The position numbers and the translations under genes were made by a program. 64,000 bases of DNA from Styela clava (Eukaryota), in NCBI RefSeq assembly GCF_964204865.1, contig NC_135253.1, positions 14,508,001-14,572,000 on the forward strand, given 5' to 3'. Every line of letters starts with the position of its first letter. Within the stretch, counting starts at the first letter, position 1. Below the pieces are notes generated by a model. It was not told the DNA's origin, ran no database searches, and was given only the letters and a program-made list of their open reading frames with translations. Positions 38,127-49,110 of the stretch are shown here, piece by piece.

Positions 38127-41100
38127 AGACCCTTGTTGATCAACCCATTATGCTTGTATTTCATATATAATTGTGTTAAAAACTTAGTCTTCACTTATAT
38201 CTGATTCAGACCAATGATATCGCCACTGTCCAGTAAGTGACCTTACATGGTGTCATACTGACTTCATGGCATCAAAACGTACAGTACTGCAAACTGTATT
38301 ATATTTTATTTGATTATGTTACTATTGATACTTTTTAATATTAATACGAAACCATGATGATTCTGTCTTTATAAATTGAAAAGTATTTGTATTGTTCACA
38401 ATTTAAATTTACTTCCCAATATTTCCACCATGCGTGTTCTATATTTACTGTCTTGCCTTTCACAAGACGGAACTTTCGGCGGTGTTTTTGTGAGAGCGAT
38501 TCGGCCTGACAATATTAGTACGGTCTTTTATCTTGTGTGCATTCAACCATGAAGTAGCTGATAGTTATCACAATACAATTTCGTTTTAAAGTCGTGTGAA
38601 TGTATTTGCGTTTTGAATTTGGGTAATATTATCGATAGAGAGATGTATGTGCGCAGCTTTCGTTTTGATCTTGAACTTTTTGAGATGTTTGCTGACAGTG
38701 CTTATTCTAGGCTGCTGAAATTATGTCACTATCTGCCTAAAATGTACCAGTTGTCAGGACAATTCCCCTGGGAACTCATTTGATAAATTGAAGTCGTGAA
38801 TTATGGATTGAGCGGGAACATGCGAAATGTATGCGTATCAGGAAGAAAGCGTTGTTGCCAAAGTTCCATTCGTCACTGAATCTGCCTTAATTCCTCTATT
38901 TCTAATGCAGGTGTATTGATATGACCAGTTATAGGGTAGTTATTCATTTTTACATTTGAATTTGGTCATAGAAGTTAATTAGTGCTAGCCATTTTATTAT
39001 TGAGTGAGTTTCCAAACATAGGATGTTGTTTAGACCTATGTATATAGCCAGTTTGAATAAATCACCCGTTTGAAATTCTACCTGAAGTGCATATGTATGT
39101 TACAATATTGTAAGTAGGATCTCCTATTGAAGTACGTACATTATTGCGTTTGCTCAAATCAAAGTCAGCGGGAACTCATCCTCATGCACACTGGAGTTTT
39201 AGGGATATTGTCATCGCGTTCTTTTTTATCGAGTATTTGTACCCGAATGTCAATCGTCAATGTTATTTATACTGAACCTACAAATGATGACTTTTCGGGG
39301 TCAAACAATGGTATTGCTAAATTTAGGCTTAAGAATGTTTCAATTTTTTTTATTCTCGATTATATTCCTACATACTCAACCTGCGGATACACAAATAGGA
39401 AACAGGCAAAATTTGAAGCGTCAATTATTTTCACCTATAAAACTGAAAGTTTTCTCTCGTAATTATGTCTCAATTTATGAAACCTAGATAAATGAGAACC
39501 AGCATAAATTATGTTGAGTTATATTTGGAGGGTGACTACTAACTAGTATAAAGCTTACTACACAGTGAAAATGACATTCATTCTTGGTAAATGCTACATA
39601 TGGGAGATAAACAATTTAAAATTAATATTGTCGCTAACGCAGGTACAAATGTGGCAATCAGGAAGTGAAAATACCGAATCACGACGTCAATATGGCGGAC
39701 ATCATTTATCTGGTCCAGGACATGCGTTTAAAAGCATTTCAAATGCAGATTTCAATTTATCATTTTGTTTGCATCTATATATATTCAGTCTAGACAACAC
39801 TATAAATTGCTGCGATGTTTATTGATTTTGAAAATCCCAACAGAAATACTGCAGTAGTATGGGCTGTTGTCTTTTTATGTAACAAGTAATTGAGTTTTGG
39901 TACGCTCCACTCATATTATATCGCATGTTTTTATTAGGTCTACTCTGGGAATGATATAAATGAATCTGGAACAAAAAAGAGTTTGGGTCAAGTGTGTGCC
40001 ACCGTTAAAATATAAACAACAGTAGTTACAGAATGCTGTAAAATTCAGTGTTACGTTTTCGATTATCAGTATTTGCCTTCAAGGCAAAATAAATTAAATG
40101 CGTTCTACACATAACACAGTCCATTTCTTTTTTAAACGTGTCATGTTGTAATGCCTCATCAACTCAACTGTAAAATTAGATTTATGTTATGTCAGCGTAA
40201 ACAATACAGCATTTTAGAATGCTGTGACGAGAAACCACAATTTTTATTGTTAGGCTGTAAAAAAGTATGTCGAGTAGATTTTGATAATGTGTAATCAGTT
40301 TCACTTGGCCCATGCGTCAATGCGTCATTTTATCAATGGCGCAGACCTAATATTGTTTGATTTGACCGATGTTATGAACTGTTTCGCTGAATAAGAACCT
40401 ATTTGTTATTAGATCAAACTTTGCCACAGGCATTTGCACAGAAGCAATGAACCGTGCGTGTGATGCAGCCAAGTCAATCAACCAAGACAAATACTTCACG
40501 ATAACCTTTTTAGACAACAACAGTTTGAAATCCCTATGCAGGGCCTAACGTATGAAAAATCCTATCAAAGAGTTACGTGGGTAATTTTTAATGTGTTCCA
40601 ATTCGTACGCCGTATAATGGTTTATGAGCCTTGTATCAATTTGCAACAGGAACATACATTATATTACAATTTGCTGCATTACTGAGTTCAAGCGAAATAA
40701 GCATTCACAATTTCACACACATTCTGTTGGGAATGAGCTATACATGAATGTGGCTATCAAGCCCTTTTCGAAACACTGTATATTCTAATTCTCATGCAAA
40801 CATTCCTCCATCATGTCGCTAACTTTTTTTCAAAGATTTACGTTACGTTGAGTGATATATATACGTTTGGTATTGTGCAAATTGATGGTGATGCGCGACC
40901 ATTGCATTAGCTCTGACTGATACGTGTTAAACTTTTTATGCCAAACTCTCCCGTTGACGGCTAACACGGAAATGTATGTTCCAGCAGAGGTGTGTGTTAA
41001 CGTGGTACGATCGTGATTGCTTTTATTTACTACTAGGAAATAGTAATGATGTGGCACTGGCTGGAAATACGCTAGTGGTATAATTAGGAGATAGGTCGAT

Positions 41101-41234
41101 ATAGATAGAACTATACTATGTCCATTCTTTAATAGCAACTTTATGATTATCAGATTAACTATTATTTATTGTAATCTACACGAATGGTGTGATATCAAAA
41201 ACTACCATCACCATTAACTGAGTTGTTGGGGACA

Positions 41235-44200
41235 ATGGCGAGCGCTTCTGAAGTTGCCCAAGGACTTGAAAATGCTTCTCAGAAACAAGAAAAAGAAATT
41301 GTAATCGAACTCGGATCAGATCGAATTTTGCATTACATCGGCGTTTATCTTGTACTATTTCTCGCTGTAGTATCTAAGTTATCAGAGGCCATTGGTAGGT
41401 GAATGTATGAACATTTTGAGTATGATATTTTAAAACGTTTCTAATAAACTCTGTATCTTTCAGCCATATTACTTGACCTATATTATACAGCTTTGCGCAG
41501 TTGTTTATTGTGGACTGTGTTGTCCCTTTGTTTCACAATGCCAGAACGAGTTCCCCTTACTTTTGTTTGAAGTAAACTATGCTTGATAAAACAATATTCA
41601 TTTCATTCTGAAAGGTCCCAATTTATCATGTTACCCTGCTGGGAATGTAACTGTGGAATCAGATTTCATTTCGTACGCAACATCATATTGTTGGGAATCA
41701 TCGAATGTGTCATTGTCAGAAACCAACAGCAACGGCAACAACAACGCTTGTAATGTGGATACAAACATTTCTTCAGAAAATCTTTTAAAACATCCATCAT
41801 ATCTAAAGACATTTCTCCAATGGATGCCTTATGGGATGATAATCGAAGTAGGTGTAGATTTCGCCGCTCTTGGAACTGTTAATTGTTAAAATGTTCCCTG
41901 TTTGGTTAGTTACCCCTTTCAATGCATAGAAATGAATAACTTTAAAAATATATCAGAAAAGAAGACTCAAATTTACGCGTAATGACTCACATAAACTGTT
42001 TTCTTTCAGAAAAAGAAACAGCTTTCGATGAAAAAAACATAAATATATGAAATCGGCTAACTACGTATACTTCAGAAATCTTACTGAAAAATATGCTCCA
42101 TTTTAATCTTTCTTAAATCATATAGTAGATAGAAATAAATCATAGGGAATAACTCACCCAATTGGATATTATGAAGATTCTATGCATTAAATAAATCATA
42201 AAACATATTCTAAATTGTGAAATTTTTCTCAGGCTTTTTTTTTTGCGTTGCCGTCTGTTTGGTGGCATTTCCGTGTCGGTGCTAGATTGATGGGACATTT
42301 GAAATTCATGAAAATATTGATAGACGATGTCTATGAAGTTGTGAAGACAAAAAAACGAGGAACATATCGCAAGTAAGTAATATTATTTACAGGCTTGTCC
42401 ATGGGACAAATTTTTCTGTCCAATTCCAATCCCTTAGCAATTATGCCTGTTCTATCCCATCTCATGAGATTCCCATTGGAAGAAAATTCAATAAAAAATT
42501 TTAAATCCAGGTTTAGCGTCTACTAAGTAAGGCTACATGTACGAAGGGACATGCAAAACAACAAAGTTTACGGTCTTTGTTAACTTTATATTCATAACTA
42601 TCATACATGTGCCCATCAGCCCCTTCACGAAGTATATTGTTAATGCTGAATATGTTTTGCTCTTTATGACTAACAAGAGATCTATGCTCAAATATATGGA
42701 CACGAAGTCCATCACGAAATGTTTTACCATCATTTCCCCAAAAATCATACGGTTTTCGTGTCCCACGTATGCCATGGGATATACAAATGTGTGCTGTCCC
42801 ATCCCATCCCATGAGACGTTTCCCATGGACAAGCTTGATTATTTAAAATTATGCAGGTTTATAATAATTACTTCATAAAGATACACTCGCATTATTGTGT
42901 TCTTGAGGCTCTATCAAAATGTTTGATAATAAAATACAGTATTTCGTGGCTCATTTCTAATTAGACTGCACAGAAATCTATCAATTATTACTTTGTTTGC
43001 AGTGCAATACTCGCAAGTTTTTTTTTCACAAACTCCTTCGTGGCTTTTCTTCGCCAATGACACAAAATTTTTCTCATAAATCCACCCAACAAATATCACA
43101 CTTTTACTATTTGTCATGGCATTCTCTTTAGAGGTTCAACCTATGACAGTCGGAGCTATTATTTGGATGGATGGAGCAGCTATGATCCACAATACAAACG
43201 ACAAGGATTAGACTCAGATACTGAATCTGAATCATCGGATCCAGAAGATTCGAATCCTTCTCCAAACACTGCAACAGGAATCAGACAAAGGAATGGAAGA
43301 AATGTCAATTCTGACAGTGCAGAAGACGCACCGCTCGATTCATCAAAAAAAGCTGCTGGTCAGTTAGAAGAAGTCTCAAGTCATGCTAATCCCTCAGCTT
43401 CAAGGATACAGCAACGCAAAAATACACAGAAGGTCAAAACGAAGAAGGTAGAAGTATGCGGGTTTCAAATAGAACTATAATAATTTTTAGGTGCTATAAT
43501 CTTTTTGATTCATTCCTTATTTATTGAAAATCAAACTTCAGCATTATCACTGTACTGAAACTAGTAATTGATATATCATAACAATTTTAATTTCTCAGAA
43601 AAGCATGGAGGACAGCTGGTACGTTCGATTATTTTTCGGTAACATGCGCGATAGAAATTTATTTTCTATGCTTTGCTTCGAAAATTTTGCTTCACTCGAG
43701 CAATATCCTTACATCTTGTCCGTGTACAAAGTCACCGATATTGAAGAAGACAAAAAGGATAAAGATTTGATAGGACCGAAGACTCAGTGTATCCTGCGAC
43801 TTGTGTCAAATCAAAAGAACATGAGTGGTCGTTTCCTAATAAAAGCATATCTTCTCAAACATGTTTTTGGCTTCCTTGTTTCCTTATCTGTACTGGCTGT
43901 GACTGCGTGGGTTCTCGTGACAATTGGATCTGATGGATGGACTTCTGAAAGCTTCCAGTGAGTATAGAATGTAATTATTGTAGTTTAGTAGTGATTTAGG
44001 AAGCTTTACTGCCAGTACCCGTAGGATCCAAAGTAGCAATTGCTACTCAGCCATCTATTTACATTTCAGGCCGTTTTGTACTTTGTTACTTTATACGCGA
44101 TATCCAATTTGGTTGTTTAGTTGCCAATCGTTTCGATCAATCTCATACAGTGGATGAATCCTAACTTTATGTGGAAAAGTAGTGAATAAATTACTTTGAC

Positions 44201-44904
44201 CTTGGGGTACCGATCCCCATAGTTGGAAGCTTGTGGAGGTGTTGAAAAGTTTCACAGAGGGCGAAAAAATATAATAGCAAATCCTTGTCTCGGTGTCGAC
44301 TCCTAAAATTACATCCCGGTAACAACTCACAGTTCCGACAGAAACACGTATAAGTGAAATTGGTAAAGGCAACGGAAATGAAACTTGGTGCGCACTTTTC
44401 CGTGCAAATATATATTGCCATTAAAAACGAAATTCACTTGAATATAATACTATACAAAACTGTACCCTACAAAGGTTGCTAACCCCTAAAAGTACTCAAT
44501 TGCTAGAAAGCATTTTACCTTATACGGCCCATCGGGCGTCTATGCCTTCCAACCAATGGCCGATATAGTGACGTTAATTATAGCTTATTTTATATTTTGG
44601 CGTTTTTGTTGTTAAAAGTTGTTTAAATCGTAAATATGATATCTAATATTATTTTTGTTTTAGGTGTGACATCGCCTATCACGAAGACAAATGCATGATT
44701 TGTACTCTGCATCGGAAGAGAGACATGATCGCATTTCTCGTGGTTAACCTGTTAGTGAACTTCGCATATTTACTTCTCTCTGTTTCCCAATGGATATTCA
44801 TCCGAAGAAGTGAGAATCGCGCAACTTGTTATTACCTGGAAGACATACGAGATCTCGGCAGTGTTGCGTTGCACCAAAAGAAATGGAAAAAGGGAGGAAA
44901 CTGA
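41235..44904 (+). CDS. Pannexin/innexin-like channel E (6 exons, ~482-484 aa), closest paralog of D
   Basis: Exons 41235-41394, 41615-41847, 42233-42372, 43132-43453 (alternative donor 43447), 43599-43957 and 44664-44904; GT-AG, frame continuous. Motifs IELGSDRILHYIGVY, NLSCYP...YCWES, WMPYGMIIEAFFFALPSVWWHFRVGARLMGHLKFMK and FQCDIAYHEDKCMIC. Confidence 0.9.
42390..42837. mobile_element. hAT-type MITE (same family as 33061) 17 nt into intron 3 of gene E
   Basis: TIRs CAGGCTTGTCCATGGGA / TCCCATGGACAAGCTTG; perfect 8-bp TSD ATTATTTA. Confidence 0.9.
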
Positions 44905-46239
44905 GAATATATAAGATTACATATGATTAGAAATAACTGAAGTAGAATGAAGAATATAAGTATCCATAGATAAATGAAATAGGACATTTGCTTTAATGGA
45001 CCTCCGAAAGCTGACTTTATTGTAATGCAATTTTACATACACCATGCACTGCTGCTGTACTTCATCCTTCACAAACCTTCACTGATTTGAATATTTTTAG
45101 AGTACTTCATCCTTCACAAACTTCAAATTTTTTTACTGTTTTCATGATTTGCTAATGTAGTGCTTTATCCTTCGAGTTTTCTATACAATTCAACATCGTT
45201 CGTGTCAATCAGGAGATGCGCGGATGCAGTAAAAATGCAGATCGATCGCCCAAACGCAATTTCAAATGTCTATTTCCCATTTCAGGAAGTTGATAAATAA
45301 TCTTCAAGTATGAAAAGAGAATCATCTTCACATATATGTAATGCTTTATTACTGTCTTGCTAACGGTCGTTGTGCAATGCTATCGCTGAGGTCTTTGTCG
45401 AGCACTATTACGTAACAATAAAGGGAATATTAATGGATTTGTGATTGCTGATTCGATGCGTGTCAAACATGTTAACTGCAGAGCCAGGGCATGGTTCAGA
45501 GAACGTCATCAGTATACATTGAAATGACTGGAGAGACCTCAGACTACTTTGTAACCATGACTTATGTAAGAATTATCTCTATACCAGAAACATTGACTTG
45601 ATTACGATAATTTAACTGATAATTCAGTCTTCAGTTAATCGAAAGACACAATATAATTATAGGCAATAAATTAAAACATTATAATTTGAACAATATTTAT
45701 CGCAAGACACAATCAAAAATTCCACTTCATACTTTTACGTTAACCATTTCACCCTGCATTGCAATATATTATCTAACCTAACTCAGAACAGTTTGACAAG
45801 CATAGCACAGTGGGACATATGTGCTAAAAAGTGGACAAATGTGGGTCGCGGCATTTGGGGGACACCGATTAAATTGAAATTCCACACCCTATTATATAAT
45901 CTTAACTTATCATGCTAAAAATGAAAAGAATAAATTCAAACTAAGTCTGGAAAATAGTATTCACATATACTCGAAACCACGCAGTCAAAATGCAGATGCA
46001 ACCTTTTCATTTTTGTAGTGCATAAATATTTTATTGAGCCTAATCGGTGGGATTCTACTCATTTTTGTCAATCGTCTTTTTAACTGAAACTATATCACAC
46101 AAAATTTTCGAGGCAACACGCGAGAGGATAGAGACATTAGGGCATTCTAGTTCACGCATTCTTTTGACTTTATTGACGCTATGTTACGACTCGAATAGCG
46201 AGATATTTTGAACAACCTCGTTGAGGCCGAACTCTAGAA

Positions 46240-47797
46240 CAGTGGTTCCCAAACTTTTTGTACCATCGCCCCCCTACAGTAATTTATACAACTTCATCGC
46301 CCCCCGGCACTACAGAAAAATGTAAAGTCCGAAACGAATATAATACAGACCAAATAAACAAGAAGACAAATCAAAGTTTATAGTGTTTTCAAATGAGCTT
46401 GGTGATCTCCAGCGAGTTTTTTAATATTATGTATCAAGCACAATCTCAAATCTCCCCGTTTACTGATGGAAAGACGATTTCATTGTTTTGATAGCAATAG
46501 TGTCACGGCTGAAAACCCTTTTCCACCATATAAGAGGTCGGAAAAGAAAGAATCCGGGGCTCTATCTCCATAAACATCGCCCGGTATCACCTGATGACCT
46601 GCACCAAAATACATCATAACAATCTTCGGTAAAATTCCTCTTTGATTCCTCATCATGTACCACGGCTTCCAGTCCGGTTACCAGTCCATAGAATTAATCA
46701 GCCATTTATATTTTTTTTGAAATTTATGAACTTGAAAGTGGGGGAAGCCCTAACCAACCACCGGCTATGCCAGGGTTCGACAACCTTTTGTCGCCCGCGG
46801 GACAAAATAAAGAGTTGCGAGTCCCGGCGGGCCGCACATATTTTTTGAAAGTTAAAAACAGTACAGCGTGCGAAGACTGCGACAGACAATTTGTGAACTC
46901 AACTCAGTCGTCAGAAATCAGAAAAAATTACAAATGACATTTAATGTGACACTGTCTAGTTGCTGCATCATGCTTAATAGCTTTTCGACGGCACACTAAA
47001 TGAAGCCAAGATTGGAACATTTTCTAAATGGGCATCACAACCCTAGTTCTCCGCTTGTTCTTTGTAATGTTCATTTTCCAAAATAATTGTTTGCACACAT
47101 ATAGACTTCCAAACATCAGAGTGAATTTTTTCGCATGGTTTGTCAAATTTGATAGAGATTTTTTTAGGAAGATACATTTTTATAAAAATCAAGCAGTGAT
47201 GCATTTCTCGAATAGAATATGAATTTTATTTCCTCATTGCATTTCATCGCAAGGAGCTCCATTTGAATATTTTCCGATCTATTGAAACCCTGCACTCAGC
47301 ATCAACTCTTCTGCGTGTTGCCATTTGACTAAGTATAATAAAATTATAGGATCGTTAAACGAGTAGCTGTTCACTAAATTGTTAGATTATATATAATATA
47401 ATTTAGTCTAAACGTGTCTCGCGATAAATTCTGTTACGTAAAAAAATATAATACACTCCACGAGCGTAGATTATAAAATTAATTCATCGTCAAATTCATC
47501 GCCGCCGTTTTGTCGCAACAATTCAGTGAAGCGTCGCGGGCCGGATTATTTCGCTTCGCGGGCCAGATCCATAGGTTGTCGACCCCTGGGCTACGCGAAC
47601 TACCTCACAGCGGGGAGCAGTCCAGCAGTCTTCTCGCGTGTGATTATCGCCCAAGGGATTCAAATACAGTAATCAAGTGCACGATGCGCCAGCCGCCGAA
47701 CAAAATCAAGTTTCGCCAAATTGCCCCCTTCGGCTTTTTCGCCCCTGTATCGTTTTCGCCCACCGGGAGACGATATCGCCCACTTTGGGAATCACTG
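46240..47797 (-). mobile_element. Deleted hAT (Buster/Charlie-type) element
   Basis: TIRs CAGTGGTTCCCAAA / TTTGGGAATCACTG; TSD CTCTAGAA/CTCTATAA. The minus-strand remnant FPTSYMVEKGFSAVTLLLSKQ*NRLSISKRGDLRL (~46435-46545) matches the hAT C-terminal dimerisation motif. Confidence 0.88.
46771..47588 (-). mobile_element. Second deleted hAT (GTF2IRD2/Charlie-like) element nested in the previous one
   Basis: TIRs CAGGGTTCGACAACCT / AGGTTGTCGACCCCTG; TSD GGCTATGC/GGCTACGC. Minus-strand remnants MATRRRVDAECRV are joined to NIQMELLAMKC...LMFGSLYVCKQLFWKMNITKNK. Confidence 0.85.
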
Positions 47798-48744
47798 CTC
47801 TATAACACATTATAACCTATTCTTTTAGTTTCAATCTGATACATTCTAGCTATCAACTTAATCGATAATATTGTAGATAGTTCAATTTTATTTGTGAATG
47901 CAATGATGCTCATCAAACTCTAAGTGGTGTAAATTCAGTGTCTCGAAAATGTCGTGACCCACGTGTCCGTTTGTCACACGTGTCCAACTTTTCCACATGT
48001 CCCAAGGTTGTGAAAATTGGCAGATAGGAAAACTATACCTGATTAAACTATTGCAATTACTATTTATAGGAAATATTTTTTAATTCGAAAATTTGAATGG
48101 GAATACATGCATTAAAGATATATCGATACCACTTTTATCGCCGATGCCGATCCAATATCGTCACGCCGATATTTTAATAATATTCAAGTATCATCTTGAT
48201 TGTAAGGGACAGACAGAATAGATAGGGTCAAAGTAGTTGCCTGCAAACTATATTTACGATGATCATTATTTCAGCTTGACGAACATGTATTTCAGAACAC
48301 AATAAATTGATATTTGTGATTCAAATGCATATATGACGTGTCATTGGAATCAAGGCTAACAGTTTAAAGTACTTGAAATAGTACGTATGCGAACTTGCAC
48401 TTCAACACTTTCATTAAACAAATTATGGTAGTTTCTGCAAACGTTTTGTTTCGTACGGGCGCAGGGAATCGCGGTGTTCGATCTTCGTAATTTATATAGT
48501 TGTAGTTATAGGTATATATATATATAAAGCATATTTGGTAATAACATAAACTTTGAAACACTAAGAAGTTTGAAATTACAATAAAACGTCATGGTACCAG
48601 AAAACATGACGTTATTATACTAGTTTCTACCCACGAGGGTGGGAAGCGGGCGCTACTCGTTTGCCAGCACGCTCGGTACTCTTGTACACAATTATTATAT
48701 ACAACAACTGTGGAGAGTGTAAGATTCTCCCGGCCAAAGAAGAA

Positions 48745-49110
48745 TTTTGGTTATCATTATCTATATAATTACTTATCTTTTAAAATATTTTAGATAAGAT
48801 TAATGAGCAGAATATATATATATTTATACTGCAATATCGGTTTATTTTTAGTCAATTAGAGACGTATATCCATGTTCCAACAGCAGTGATATTCATATTT
48901 TTCCAAGAGGGGAAAGTCGACGGAGGAAGTGAATTTCAAGAAAGACAAATTATTCCACATTTTGGTTATCATCACCTATAAAGTTACTTATCTCTTAAAA
49001 TATTCTAATCTTTCAAAATAAATATATAACTTATCTTTTAAAATATTTTTTCCAAGGGGGGAGGGTCGACGGAAGAAGTGAATTTCAAGAAAGACAAATT
49101 ATTTCACATA
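48745..49110. repeat. Local imperfect tandem duplication
   Basis: TTCCAAGnGGGGAnnGTCGACGGAnGAAGTGAATTTCAAGAAAGACAAATTATTnCACAT at ~48901 and ~49050; TTTTGGTTATCAT...TTACTTATC at ~48745 and ~48960. Confidence 0.7.

Larger units (their letters stand above)
45811..48004. mobile_element. Old TIR element (outer shell of a nested insertion)
   Basis: Left TGGGACATATGTG...GTGGGTCGCGGCATTTGGGGGACACCGA is an imperfect inverted repeat of the right end TCAGTGTCTCGAAAATGTCGTGACCCAC...CACATGTCCCA. No TSD identified. Confidence 0.55.

Noticed and set aside
33171-42878. Paralogous-looking ORFs at 33171-33467 and 42513-42878
   Set aside because: Both lie within copies of one MITE with TIRs and 8-bp TSDs; the similarity is repeat-derived.
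11671-44904. Calling the four-TM genes connexins or LRRC8
   Set aside because: No connexin C-x6-C-x3-C spacing and no LRR domain; the TM1, EL1 and TM2 motifs fit pannexin/innexin.
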